The translations under genes were made by a program, and so were the position numbers. Positions 1 through 15,402 of a stretch of DNA of 64,000 nt are shown here, piece after piece (within the stretch, counting starts at the first letter, position 1; each line of letters begins with the position of its first letter). Location of the stretch: the NCBI RefSeq assembly GCF_009914755.1, contig NC_060938.1; one strand, 5' to 3'. This DNA is from the human T2T-CHM13v2.0 reference genome, Homo sapiens. The notes below the pieces were generated by a model. It saw only the letters and a list, made by a program, of their open reading frames with translations, was not told where the DNA came from and did not search any database.

Positions 1-127
1 CAACCAGTCCCAGTGAGATGAACCAGGCACCTCAATTGGAAATGCAGAAATCACCCGTCTTCTGCGTCGATCATGCTGGGAGCTACAGGCCGGATCTGTT
101 CCTATTCAGCCATCTTGGAACGGAGCC
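1..127 (-). mobile_element. 5' terminus (5'UTR/internal promoter) of an L1PA element that continues left of the window
   Basis: Reverse complement reads GGCTCCGTTCCAAGATGGCTGAATAGGAACAGATCCGGCCTGTAGCTCCCAGC...GCAGAAGACGGGTGATTTCTGCATTTCC. This is the L1PA 5' end with the YY1 motif CAAGATGGC. Confidence 0.92.
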
Positions 128-828
128 ATTATTGTTTGTTTTAAGAAAATTTTCAATTTCCTTTTCAATTTCTTCATTGACCCACTGGTCATTCAGAAGC
201 ACATTGTTTAATTTCCACGTATTTGTACAGTTCCCAATATTCCGGCAGCTGGGCCCAGTGGCTCATGCCTGTGATCCTAGCACTTTGGGAGGCCAAAGCA
301 GGAGGATTACTTTGGGCCAGAATTTCAAGACCAGTATTGTGTTCGTTATTAATTTCTAGATTTATTCTATTATAGTCAGAAAAGATACTTGATATTATTT
401 CAATTTTCTTAATGTTTTAAGACTTGTTTTCTAACCTATATTTTATCCTTGAGAATGATCCATATGTTGAGAAGAATGTGTATTCTGCAGCCATAAGCAG
501 AAACATTTTTAAAATATCAATTAGATCAATTTGGTCTATAGTGAAGACTAAGTCTGATATTTTATTGTTGATTTTTTATGTAGAAGATCTGTCTGATGCT
601 GAAAGTGGGGTGTTGAAACCTCCAGTTATTATTGTATTGGACTAATCTCTATCTTTAGCTCTAATAATATTTGCTTTATAAAGCTGTATTTATACAGCTA
701 CAGTATTGGTTGCATATATATTTATAATTATTATATCCTCTTGTTGAGTTGACCCTTTATTATTACATAATGACCTTCTTTGTTTCTTTGTATAATTTTT
801 GTCATAAAATCTAATTTGTCTGATAAGC
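128..828 (-). mobile_element. Old L1 (L1MA/L1PB-like) ORF2 endonuclease region, part 1
   Basis: Typical antisense L1 ORF2 text, e.g. CTGATGCTGAAAGTGGGGTGTTGAAACCTCCAGTTATTATTG. Interrupted by an Alu fragment and by a MaLR provirus. Confidence 0.8.
247..334 (+). mobile_element. Alu left-arm fragment (FLAM/AluJ-like), no tail
   Basis: GCTGGGCCCAGTGGCTCATGCCTGTGATCCTAGCACTTTGGGAGGCC...TTCAAGACCAG. Confidence 0.85.
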
Positions 829-3209
829 TGTATTAGTCCATTTGCACACTACTGGGTAAATTAGTGTGTATTATAGTATACCCAGAATGGGTAATTTACA
901 AAGAAAAGAGGTTTAATTGACTCACAGTTCTGCATGGCGTGGAAGGCCTCAGGAAACTTACAATCATGGTGGAAGGTGAAAGGGAAACAAAGATCTTCTT
1001 CAGATGGCATCAGGAGAGAGAATAGTGAAGAGCAAAGGGGGAAGAGCCCCTCATTAACCATTATATCTCATGAGAACTCACTAATGATCATGAGAACTGC
1101 ATGGGAGAAACCATGTCTATGATCCAAACACTTCCCACTGGGTTCCTCCCTGGACACATGAGAATTATGGGAATTACAATTTGCGATGAGATTTGAGTGG
1201 AGTCACAGAGCCAAACCATACAGTTCTGCCCTTGGCCCCTCCAAAACCTCATGTTCTCACATTTCAAAACACCATCAAGCCTTTCCAACAGTGCCCCAAA
1301 GTTTTAACTTATTCCAGCATTACATTAACCCAAAAGTCCAAGTCCAGTCTAATCTGAGACAAGGCAAGTCCCTTCCATCTATGATACCATAAAATTAAGC
1401 ACAAGTTAGTTCCTTCCAAGATACAATGGAGTTATACAGGCACTAGGTAAATACACCTGTTCTAAATAGGAGAAATTGGCCAAAACAAAGGGGCCACAGG
1501 CCCGTTGCCACTCCTAAATCCAATAGGGCAGTCAATAAATATTAAAGCTCCAAAATCTCCTTTGATTCCATGTCTCACATCCAGGTCATGCTGATACAAG
1601 AGGTGGACTCTCACAGTCTTGGTCATCTTTACCACTGTGGCTTTGCAGCCTCCTGGATGCTTTCACAGGCTTGCATTGAGTGTCTGCAGTTTTTCCAAAT
1701 GCACAGTGAAAACTCTCAATGGATCTACCATTCTGAGGTCTGCAGGATTGTGGTCCTCTTCTCACAGCTCCACTAGGCAGTGCCCCAGTGGGGACTCTGT
1801 GTGGGAGCTCCAACCTCATGTTTCTCTTCTGCAATGCCCTAGCAGAGGTCTTCCCTGAGGGCTCCACTGCTGCAGCAAACTTCTGCCTGAACATGCAAGC
1901 ATTTCCATACATCCTCTGAAATCTAGACAGAGGTTCCCAAACCTCAAATCTTGACTTCTGTGCACCCATAGTCCCAACACCATGTGGAAGCCACCAAGGC
2001 TTGGCACTTGCAGCATCTGAAGCAATGGCTTCAGCTGGATGTTGGCCCCTTTAGTCATGGCTGACACTCAGCACACCAAGTCCTGAGACTGCACAAAGCA
2101 GCAAGACCCTGAGCCTGGCCCACAAAGCCATTTTTTCCTCCTATGCCTCCATGCCTGTGATGGGAGTGGATTCCTTGAGACTTCTGACATGACATGAAGA
2201 CATTTTGCCCATTGTCTTGGCAGTTGACATTTGGTTCATCATTACTTATCCAAATTTCTGCAGCCCATTCGAATTTCTTTTCACAAAATGAGTTTTTCTC
2301 TTCTATCACATCATCAGGCTACAAATTTTCTAAATTTTTGTGCTCTGCTTCCCTTTTAAACATAAGTTCCAATTTCAAAGCATCTCTTTGTGAATGAATA
2401 TAACTGAATGCTTTTAAGAGCGCTCAGGTCACATCTTGTAGGCTTTGCTGCTTCAAAATTTCTTCTGCCAGATATTCTAAATCATCTATCTCAAGTTCAA
2501 AGTTCCACAGATCTCTAGGACAGGGTCAAAATGCCACCAGTCTTTTTGCTAAAGCATAGCAAGAGTGATCTTTGCTCCAGTTCCCAAGAAGTTCCTCATC
2601 TCCATCTGAGAACACCTCAGCCTGGACTTCATTGTTCACATCACTATCAGCATTTTGGTCAAAATCATTCAACAAGTATCTAGGAAGCTCCAAACATTCC
2701 CACATCTTCCTGTCTTCTTCTGAACTCTCCAAGCTGTTCCAATCTCTGCCTGTTACCCAGTTCCAATGTTGCTTCCACATTTTCAAGTGTCTTTATAGCA
2801 GTGCCCTACTCTCTGTGGTACCAATTTACTGTGTTATTCTGTTTTCACACTGCTATAAAGAAATACCAAAGACTGGATAATTTATAAAGAAAAAAGGTTT
2901 AATTGACTCACAGTTTTACATGGCTGGGGAGGCCTCAGGAAACTTATAATCATGGTGGATGGTGAAGGGAAATACGGACCTTCTTCACATGGCAGCAGGA
3001 GAGAGAAGAGTGAGGAGCAAAGTGGGAAGAGCTCCTTATAAAACTATCAAGTATTGTGAGAACTCACTCACTATCACAAGAACAGCATGGGAGAAACTGC
3101 CTTCATGATCCAATCACCTCCTACTGGGTTCCTCCCTGGACACATGGGGATTATGGAGATTACAATTTGAGATGAGAATTGGGTGGGGACACAGAGCCAA
3201 GCCACATTA
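829..3209 (-). mobile_element. Complete MaLR provirus (THE1D/MSTA-type): LTR 829-1222, internal 1223-2829, LTR 2830-3209
   Basis: Two ~380-390 bp homologous LTRs flank a 1.6-kb THE1/MST internal region. Perfect 5-bp TSD TAAGC at 824-828 and 3210-3214. Confidence 0.95.
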
Positions 3210-3920
3210 TAAGCATAGCTACTTCTGATATTTTTTGGTGTCCATTGGTGTGGAATATCTTTTTCTGTCCCTTTATTTTCAGTCTATGTGTGTTTCATAG
3301 GTGAAATGTGTTTCTTGTAGGCAACAGATTGATGGGTCTCTTTTAAAAAATCCATTTAGACACTCTATGTCTTTTGATTGGAGACTTTAGTCCACTTATA
3401 TTCAATGTTATTTATAAGCAGGAACTTTCTCCTGCCATTTTGCCATTTGTTTTCTGGTTGCTTTGTGGTCTTCTCTTCCTTCTTTTCTTCCTTCCTGCCT
3501 TCCTTTTACTGAAGGTGGTTTTCTCTGCTAATATGTTTTAGCTTCTTGCTTTTTATTTTTTGTGTATCTGTGGTATGTTTTTTGATTTGAGGTTAGCATG
3601 AAGCTTGCAAAATATCTTATAACCCATTATTATTTTAAACTGATAATAACACTGATTGCATAAAAAAACAAACAAATAAAAGGAAAATAAAAACTCTGCA
3701 TTTTAACTTCATCCCCTTGGCTTCTAACGTTTGTGTTTCTATTTATATGTTATTGTCTATGCCTTGAAACATTGCAGTAATTATTTTTCATTGGTTCATG
3801 TTTTAGTCTTTCTACTTAAAGTAACAGTAGCTTACATACCACAATTATAATGTTATAGTATTCTGTGTACTTACTCTCACCAGTAATTTTTGCATCTTCA
3901 GATGATTTCTTATTGCTCAT
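3210..3920 (-). mobile_element. Old L1 (L1MA-like), part 2: ORF2 start/inter-ORF region
   Basis: Host L1 resumes after the TSD (…TTTGTCTGA-TAAGC-ATAGCTAC…; GTTTCTTGTAGGCAACAGAT). Confidence 0.75.
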
Positions 3921-4134
3921 AAAGAGCTAAAGGAATGTAACTTTGTTTACATATTTAACAATTACCTGATTATTAGGCATTTGTATGACTCCATTTGTTT
4001 TTTATGTTTAAATGATTTTATAATAAGCATTCTTGCCTGAAAGCATTTGTATTAGTTTCAGATTATTTCCTTAGGTGAAATTTCTCAAGATTGAATTACT
4101 GAATTCATATGAGGCAATTTGCCACAGGGATCTG

Positions 4135-4290
4135 TCCCGATGTAATTGTGTGAGCTGGTTAAGCAGTCTTGGTAGGGCTATTGTCCTCATGTCTGATGCT
4201 GGAGCTTGGAGTCTGAAGGACAAGCAATCAGGAAGGGAAAATGTATATGACGCAGTGAGTAAGAGCAAGAGGAAGTTATGAGATAAATTA
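4135..4290. mobile_element. Probable old ERVL-type LTR fragment
   Basis: AATTGTGTGAGCTGGTTAAGCAGTC...TCTGATGCTGGAGCTTG resembles a remembered ERVL LTR consensus. Family uncertain. Confidence 0.35.
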
Positions 4291-4359
4291 TATGTATCCC
4301 TGACTGAAACCTGATGAAGGTACAGAAAAAGACCAAAGAAAACATAAAATGCATAAAAT

Positions 4360-4575
4360 ATAATAATAATGAAGGTTAATTCTTTCAAAGCATTTACTAT
4401 ATCCAGGCACTGTTGTAAGTAAATAATACATAATAAAACATTTAATTTCTCACAATTAAATGAGGAATTAATTAATATTTACACTAAATAGTATTAAGCT
4501 CTGTGAGATTAATGCTATTCTCCTTTTCATTGATGAGAAAAAGTGAGAAACAGTGATATTAAGTAACTACTAGAG
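4360..4575 (-). mobile_element. MIR
   Basis: AGCATTTACTATATCCAGGCACTGTTGTAAG and TTGATGAGAAAAAGTGAG...TTAAGTAACT core. Confidence 0.65.
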
Positions 4576-5189
4576 GATTCTTAGATAATGTGTTTTTTTC
4601 CTGGGTAATTTTGAATTAAAACATAAAAGAAGTAATGCCTTTATTTATTACTATGTTTTTGTTTTGTTTTCATTTATTCTTTGATACCTTCTGTAGTCAA
4701 AACATGATCATAAGTAGACATCTGCTGTTAGCCAATCTGAACCAGCATAAGGGGTAGAAGGCAGGAAAGGTTTATCATCATTCTGAATTTGAAATTTCTG
4801 ACATAATTTTGAACAACTAGACTTTTAAAAACTTTGTTTTCCTTATTCTTATATAGTGTGTCTATTGCGTATATGTGTTTTTAAAAAATATTGTGCATTT
4901 AATCCCAAATTGTTGAAACTGTTGTCAATGAAGAAAGCTGAGTGTTTTGGTTGCAAAATTTGGAAAAACAAGAATAAAAGGGGAGTAGGAAGTCTCTCTT
5001 TTTGATGTATAAAAGCACCCATTAAACTTTAGTAGATATATGTGAACCTGTTTTAATTCCCCAAATTCAATCTGCAGAAACAAGGTTAAAACAATAAAAA
5101 AATTATTACTTAATAGAGAATAATAAATTAATGTGTCCTGAATGCAGGGACACAGTCAGATTAAAAAGTAATAATAATAATAAGTGTAG

Positions 5190-5300
5190 GACCCCAAGGT
5201 GATGCCTAGAGATTCTAATTTAATACATTGCAGTGGAGTCAGGGAATCTATGTTTTCAAAATACCCAGATATGTCTAAAATATAGCTGAATTGGGAACTA
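5190..5300. mobile_element. MER5-type hAT MITE fragment
   Basis: CCTAGAGATTCTAATTTAAT...GGAATCTATGTTTTCAAAATACCCAG. Confidence 0.45.
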
Positions 5301-5304
5301 TGAC

Positions 5305-5420
5305 TCTTGACATCAGTGAGGCTCATTGAAGTTTTAAAACCAGTGATATAAAAGGATCAGATCTGTATTTCAGAATGACCAGTTTTTCTTCCTTTGCCAT
5401 ATTGGAGAATGAATTAAAAC
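5305..5420 (-). mobile_element. L2 fragment
   Basis: CATTGAAGTTTTAA...GATCAGATCTGTATTTCAGAATGACCA...TGGAGAATGAATT. Confidence 0.55.
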
Positions 5421-5465
5421 AGAAAAAAAAAAGATTGTAAGTAACTTTATAAATTAAAGATTTAT

Positions 5466-5771
5466 GTGGGTCACAGGGGCTCACACCTGTAATTCCAGCA
5501 CTTTGAGAGTCTGAGGCGGGTGGATCACTTGAGGCCAGCAGTCCAAGACTGGCCTGGCCAACATGGCAAAACGCCATCTATACAAAAAAAAAAAAAAAAT
5601 TGCCAGGGGTTGTGGTGCACACCAGCGATCCCAGCTACTCTGGAGGCTGAGGCATGAGAACCACTTGAACTGTGGAGGCAGACGGTGCAGTGAGCCAAGA
5701 TTGCGCCACTGCATGCTGGGTGCACACTGCTCACTGCGTGACAGAGTGAGACTACGTCTCAAAAAAAAAAT
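5466..5771 (+). mobile_element. Alu (old S/J type) with a locally rearranged right arm
   Basis: Dimeric Alu with A-rich linker and tail. Non-consensus segment at 5714-5737. Confidence 0.93.
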
Positions 5772-6383
5772 CTAATATTTCCTGAGGAGATAAGATATAG
5801 CTTCTTTATATATAAGTAAAATAATTTTTATATCAATATGTGAAATACTTCTGCATTAGAGTTGATTCTCAAAATTGTGCAAAGTAGACCTTTATATTAA
5901 CCTTAATTTATAAACAAAGAAACCCAAACTTTCTGCCTCTAAGATTCGCCTTGCCATAGAAGATTTATGGCTTCTTCCTTACCAGGCATTTGGTGGTAAG
6001 AGGCCCTGAGTTTGTATATTGCCAGAGTCAGTCTTTGTGTTACAAGCCAAGACATTCATTTTCTCAAATCCTCAGCTTCTAATTTTATAAAAAAGAGATA
6101 ATAAACCAGTATCTTTTAAATTAGATGTAAGGAATAATAAAATAGGGAATGTGCTCAGCTGGTTTTTGATACACGTTAAGAATTATTACTATAGTTAATA
6201 CTACATCAATGATCATAAAAGGCAAAAATCTTTATTAATTACGTTTATTTTTTCTATTTAAATGCTAGAAACAGGTAGTGTTCTCAAATATATGTGGAGT
6301 AAGAGAGAAGCATGGAGCATAAACTTCATTTTCAGCCACTTTGCATCTATTGATAATCATAACCCTTGGGGAATTATCAAATG

Positions 6384-6547
6384 CAGTGCTTCTGAAAGTT
6401 TTATGTACATACAAGACACCTGAAATTTTTTGACAATGGAGATTCCAGTGGCATGTGTCAGAGTGGGACCTGAGGTTCTGTTTCTCTAATACCCAAAAAT
6501 ATGAGTGCTGTTGGCCCTTAGTGCTAGGTTCAGTAGCAAAGATCTAG
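6384..6547. mobile_element. MER5A/B-type hAT MITE
   Basis: CAGTGCTTCTGAAAG...ACACCTG...GGAGATTC...GTGGGACCTGAGGTTCTG...AGTAGCAAAGATCTAG. Confidence 0.6.
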
Positions 6548-6909
6548 ATGATGCTTGATGCTACACATGAAGCAAGTGAGCCCCAGCTGGAGGAACAACC
6601 TGAGGAGCCCCAGAACTATTTAGGAGCCGAGGCAAAAATAACCCCATACAACACTGCCAATGTTCTTCTTACTTTACCATTGAGGCTTCCACTTGAACGA
6701 GAGAGTACTTCCAAATTTGCAGTTGGCCATGCAATTCCTTGGGCATGTTGTTCTACTTGTGTATTTCTATATATTAAATACACAAACAATGCTGGCTCAG
6801 ACCATGGAATTAAATTCACAATATAATAATAGGTTATGATGAGTAATCATAGAAAACATAGTTGAGGCTTAACAACTGTTTGGTGCATCAAGGAGTTTTT
6901 CACTTCTTT

Positions 6910-7385
6910 GGGTAGATCCTAATTTCTGTCTGGGATCATACTAATGCCTGAAGAACATTGCTTTTCATTTCTGGTAATATAGGTCTGCTGCTAATGAATC
7001 CCCTCAGCTTTTGCTTGTTTAAAAATGTCTCTATTTTGCCTTCCTTTTTGAAAGATGTTTTTACTATGTATAGAATTGCACTGATAGTTTCCCTTTTTTT
7101 CAACACTTTAAAGACATCTCTTCATTTTCTCCTTCCTTGAACAGCTTTTGAAGAGAATTCTGCTGTGATTTTTATCTTTGTACTTCTATAATGAGGTGGG
7201 GCTATTTATCTTGCTGCTTTAAAAATGTTCTAATTATCTTCTATTTTCAGCATTCTGCTTATGCTATTTCTAGAATAATTATTTTGTTCTTTTTGCATTT
7301 GTTGTATCTGTCTATATTTTTTTGTATAAGACAAAAAAATAAGTATATATGTCATTAGATATTGGTCCATAGCTTTTGGATGCTT
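6910..7385 (-). mobile_element. L1M ORF1-region fragment
   Basis: AGGTCTGCTGCTAATGAATCCCCTCAGCTTTTGCTTG...TCAACACTTTAAAGAC. Confidence 0.7.
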
Positions 7386-7392
7386 TGCTCAA

Positions 7393-10300
7393 TTTTTAAA
7401 TTGAAATTATTACTGAGAAAATTGTAGATTATGATATTTCATATATCATTTACTTAATTTTCCCCAGTGGTAACATCTCACAAACATTTTGTGTTATATT
7501 TCAGCTAAAATATTGGTATATAATCCACTAATCATGTTCAGATTTTTTCAGTTTTACTTGTACTTGTTATAAGTGTGTGTGGGGGGTGTGTGTATTTAGT
7601 TCTATAAAATTTTAGAACATGTATAGATTTGTTTCCCACACCTCAGTTATGACACAGAAGAGCTCCATTACCACCAGAACCCCTAGTATTCCTCTTTGAT
7701 AACCCACACATCTCCCTTCCCTCTACCTTCATCATTAACACTCAGCAACTAATAATATGTTCTCCATTTATAAAATATTGTCATTTCAAACATGTTGTAT
7801 AAATGGAATCATGATTCATGTAAGCTTTTGGGATTGACTTTTTTAACTCCTCATAATTCCCTGGAGATTCAACCAAGTTGTTGCAAATATGAGTAGTTCA
7901 TTTATTTGTAATAATATCAGCTGAGTAAAGGAAATACTGAATAGTATTTTGTGGTTTGTATGTACCACAGTTTGTTTAACTATTCACCTGATGGGTTTTC
8001 TCTAATTTTTGGCCACTATAAATAAAGATGTTATGAATATTTGTATACAGGTTTCTATGCCAACATCATTGTTTATTTCTTTAGTATAAAAGCCCAAGAG
8101 TACAATTATTGGGTCATATGATATGCCTTGATTTTTAAGAAATTTTCAAACAGTTTTCCAAATTGCCTGCTCTGTTTTATATTCCCATTAGCAAAGCGTA
8201 AGCGATCAGTTCTCTGCATCCCCACCAGCACTTTTCGTTGTCCTTAGTTTTTTTTTTATTTTAGACATTATGATAAGTATGTAGTTATATCTTATTGTGC
8301 TTTCAATTTGCATTTCCCTGAGAAATAATCATGTTGAACATTTTCTAGTGTGCTTCTTTGTAATCTATATATGTTTATACATAGCTTTTGTTCATTTTCT
8401 AATTTTGTTGTTAATAGGTTTTTTGGTTTTTATTGTTGAGTTTTAAGAGTCCTTCATATATTCAAAGTATCAGTCTTCTGTCAAATATGTAGTTTCCAGA
8501 TTTTTTTTCTGTCACTCTGTAGCTTTTCTGTTATGCCTTTAACAGGGTCTTTCATAAAGAAAGCATTTTTAATTTTGATTAAGTTCCATTTACTGATGTT
8601 TCCTTCTGGTATAATAATTAAGAACTATGCCTACCCATAGATAGGGCTTTGCCTTTTTTCCTAAAAGACTTTACTTTTTTCCCTAAAAGTTCTATAATTT
8701 TACATTTTACATTTAAATCCATGATCCATTTTGAGTTTATTTTTCCACAAATTGTCAGACAGGTCCAAATTTCTTCTTCTTTTTTTTTTTTATTTGGCCT
8801 ATGGATTTTCCATTGTTTCAACATCATTTTTTGAAAAGACTTTTCTTCCTCCATTGAAATGCCTTTGCAGCTTTGTCAAAAACCAATGGAGCAAATCTTT
8901 TTAAGTCTATTCTGGTTCTCTATTCTGTTCCATTAATCTATGTGTATATATTTCCATCAATTTCATACTACCTTTCTTATTGTAGCTATATAGTAAGCCT
9001 TAAGTAGATTGATTCTCCCTCTTGTATTCTACTGTCTCAAGACTATTTTAGCTATTCTAGTGCTGTGACTTTTCATATAAATTTTACTATAAACTTGTCT
9101 TCATCTACAAAAAAACACTGCTAGAATTTTAATACAAAATGCATTAATCCTATTGATCACTGTTGGGGCAATTGCATCTTTACTGTATTGATTTGTCCAA
9201 TTCACGAATGTTGTAGGTCTCCCTATATATTTAGATCTTCCTTGACATTTTTTATCAGCAGTTTTTAATGTTCAGTACGTAGATCCTGTATATCTTGTTA
9301 AGTTTATATTAGTATTTCATTTTCTTTGGAGAGATTTTAAATGGTTTTATGTCTATAATTGCAGTTTCCACATGCCTATTTTTAGTATATAAATATGTGA
9401 TTGATTTTTGGGTGTTAGTCTTCTATCCTGCAATCTTGCTCAATCAGTCCTGGGAAATGTTCTACAGAGACCATCATGTCATATACAAAAAGACTTTTAT
9501 TTATTTCTTCCCAATCTGTGTGTTTTATTTCTTTTTCTTGCTTGATTATAGTAGTTATAACATGAAGAACTATGTTGAATAAAAGTGGTGAAAATAGACA
9601 TACTTATCTTTTTCTCGGTATCAGAGGGAAACCATTCAGTCTTTCACCATTAAGTATGATTGCTTTAGGATTTAATATAATGCTATTTTTGCTTCAATTG
9701 ATAGGATTGTGTTTGTTTTTCTTTTTTTCTTTTGCTTGTTGATATAGTGGATTATATTGAAATCAATAAAATAAATTTCACTTTGTTATGGTGTATCTTT
9801 TTTCCACAAATTGTTGGGTTTGATTTTCTAATATTCTATTGAATACTTCTGCCTCTAAATTCATGAGGAATATTAGTCTGTAGTTTTGTTTCTTTTTTTG
9901 GACTGCCATTGCCTGGTTTTGTTATTGATATAATATTGACTTCATAAAATGAGTTGAGAAGTTTTTCCTTATCTTCCATATTCTGGAATAGATTGTGTAG
10001 AATTACTGCTAATTCTTTAACTGTCTGATACTTTTCCTGGTGAAACCATCTGATCTAGAGTCCCCTCCCCTCCCTTCCCCTCCCGTGTCCTGTCGTCTTT
10101 TTTCTTTTTTTGGACACAGTCTTGCTCTGCGGTCCAAGCAGCAATTCCAGCTATTCTGGAGGCTGAGGCACGAGAATCGCTCCAAAAACAAAAACAAAAA
10201 CAAAAGCAGGCTGGAGTGCAGCAGCGCAGTCTCGGTTCACTGCAACATCCATCTCCCAGATTCAAGCTCTTCTCCTGCCTCAGCCTCCGCAATAGCTGGG

Positions 10301-10545
10301 ATTAGAGCCGCATGCCACCACACCCTACTAATTTTTGTATTATTAGTGGAGATAGGGTTTTGCCATGTTGGCCAGGCTGGTCTCGAACTCCTGACCCCAG
10401 GTGATCCACCCGCCTCGACCTCCCAAAATTCTGAGATTACAGGCGTGAGCCACCACGACCTGCCTGGAGATTTCTTTTTCAGGAAATTGTTAATTGTCAA
10501 TTCAACTCATTTAATGGTTATAGGACTATAAGTTTAATATTTTAT
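7393..10545 (-). mobile_element. L1MC-type element (3' UTR plus ORF2), interrupted by Alu
   Basis: L1MC 3' UTR motifs (TTTCCCCAGTGGTAACATCT; GTCATTTCAAACATGTTGTATAAATGGAATCAT) followed by continuous antisense ORF2. Confidence 0.85.
10098..10464 (-). mobile_element. AluS with an internal opposite-strand Alu-derived insert
   Basis: Antisense Alu. 10139-10206 carries a sense Alu piece plus (CAAAAA)n. Confidence 0.9.
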
Positions 10546-10574
10546 GTTTGTGTGTATGTGTATGTGTGTGTGTG

Positions 10575-10871
10575 TTGTTTGTTTGTTTTGAGACAGAGTT
10601 TCGATCTGTCACCCAGGCTGGAGTGCAGTGATGCAATCTCAGATCACTGCAATCTCCACCTCCCGAGTTCAAGTGATTCTCATGCCTCGGCCTCCTGAAT
10701 AGCTGGGATTATAGGTGCACACCAGCATGCCCAGCTGATTTTCATATTTTTAGTAGAGACGGGGTTTCATCATGTTGCCCAGGCTAGCCTTGAACTCCTG
10801 ACCTCAGGTGATCCACCCACCTCGGCCTCCCAAAGGACTGGGATTACAGGAGTGAGTCACCTCACCCGGCC
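10575..10871 (-). mobile_element. AluS, tail grading into (TG)n
   Basis: Full antisense Alu ending CACCCGGCC. Confidence 0.95.
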
Positions 10872-11029
10872 TTGTGTGTGTGATTTTTTAGGAAATAATC
10901 AAGAGAAAATATATCATAATATAAATTTTTATAATTGATTCAGAATGATGTAAAAAACATGAAATAACAATGATAGTCACATTTTCAAAGGACTTAGAAG
11001 GTCTACCTTTATGAGTGGCACACAGGTCA

Positions 11030-13040
<2,011 letters not shown>

Positions 13041-13192
13041 AGGTCGGGCACTGTGGCTCAGCACTTTGGGAGGCCGAGGTGGGTGGATCGCTTCACTGCA
13101 GGAGTTCCAGATCAGCCTGGGCAACATGGCAAAACTCCATCTCTACCAAAAATACAAAAATTAGCCAGGCATGGTGGTGCTCGCCTGTAGTT
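13041..13192 (+). mobile_element. Truncated AluJ-like element
   Basis: Left arm, linker and start of the right arm, then a microsatellite. Confidence 0.85.
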
Positions 13193-13213
13193 ACAAAAAA
13201 TACATGCATACAT

Positions 13214-13220
13214 ATGGATG

Positions 13221-13266
<46 letters not shown>

Positions 13267-13291
13267 CAGGTAGATAGATAGGTAGATAGAT
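13214..13291. repeat. (GATA)n tetranucleotide STR
   Basis: About 11 uninterrupted GATA units plus variant units. Confidence 0.95.
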
Positions 13292-14616
13292 GAAATACTA
13301 ATAAAAAGAATTAAGAAGAAATGAAAATATCTAAACATATTGTTAAATTTTTAAAAAATGAAAGAGAAAAATATAGGGACAAAGAGAAAGAGTTAAGGAA
13401 AAATATGTATGAAAATAGTTTAGAAAATGTTAGTGTGTACAGGTGTGTGTTTCAGTAATGTACATGTTTTTATATATGGACATATATGAATAAATGTCCA
13501 CAATTTATAGAAAATGGCACAAATACCACTCATTTCAAAAGAAGTCAGGCTACTCACTCGATCCCTTTGACAGGATTTATGTCAGCAAGACAGCTGGCTC
13601 TGCTTTGAACTCCTGAGGGACTGGAAATTTAAGAAGCCAGTGTTCACTCTTACCTTGCTTTCATTTCATATTTAGGGAATTGCTGCTTACTCTTGCAACT
13701 ATTTTCTTTGTGTGACATCCAGGAAATGCTGACAGTTGAACTAATATTCAATCATGATATGATTTAAGGGGAAAAAATAAATTGAGAAAGAGGAAAGAAA
13801 ATGGGGAAGAGGTTAAGAAAAACAAAAGGAATGAAATTGGCATGAATGGGGCAGAGGATGATGCAAAAATGGTTTCAAAATAATTCTGAAAGAAAGAACA
13901 AAAAATAAGTTAAATGTGTCCCCATGTTGCCCATGGCCCACATGCTCTTCCTGACCAATGTTGTCCATATGGATATAACTTCTCTATAGTGTAGACTGAA
14001 AAGAGATGTTGCCAACAGATAGTGTTGGATCACAGGTATTTTTGGGGAAAATAATAAAATGCATTATACTAAAAATAAAACCAATCCCACACTACAAGAT
14101 ATGATTTGTAAATATGCAAACTATACACAAAAATGAAGTAGTCATGTTAACACTGAATGTCTTTACTTCAATTTCAATGTTTTCCATTGAAAATAGTGAT
14201 CTTTATCTCAGTTGTGTGTTCCAAGAAAGCAGAAGAGGTCTAAAAATTCTTCTATTTTTTTTTTCTGATGAACAACAAATGGCTACACTGCTCCCACAAA
14301 GTTTATTATCAGAGCTGTCTCTTACAACTCACAGATAAGACCACCTTCTTCTTTTCTAAAGACTCCCATAAAACTCACAGACTGCCTTGTTTACTTCCCT
14401 CTATAAATCCCTGGGTTCCTTTCCTTTTCTTTGGGACGATCTTCATTGATGAAAGTCCTCTCTACTCCAATAACCTGAATACAATCATTGCCTTAATTGT
14501 TGAGATTTTTGTCTTCCATACTTCCATCTATCTCTTAGCTTAGTGTTTTTTGGAACCCCTGGCCATTTCCTTTTATATTGTGCTATTTACCATTTCATAG
14601 CTGCTCCTTTCTTTAG

Positions 14617-14979
<363 letters not shown>

Positions 14980-15402
14980 AGTAGGCACTTTTATGTGTAT
15001 TTTTCCACAATAAAATCTGAAGTTTTCTATATCAGGAACCAATGCCACATTATACCTCTGAAAATGATCATAGTACCAAAAACATTGTAGGTGTTTTTTA
15101 CATGTAAATTTTAATAATAAATGCATGATTGCATGAATGCAGTAGGACAACTTATGTAGCTGACATGAACATTTGCCAATAAGATATGCAGTACTTATAG
15201 TTTTTCCAATCCTTCTTTAGAAGTATTGGTTAACAGCAGAGGAATTGTTTATATCAAATACATCTCATTGATGAATTTTAGTTAAAAGTATTTTGGTGTT
15301 CTCTTCAGTTACATTAGAAAATAATTACAGTTGTCTTCTCAACCCCTAACTAAACTGATGGTAAATGGTGGACGACAACCTGAAATCTTATCCCTGTCTT
15401 CA

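Noticed and set aside
6548-6826. 92-aa ORF with an acidic N-terminus
   Set aside because: No recognisable domain or gene context. Length is compatible with chance.
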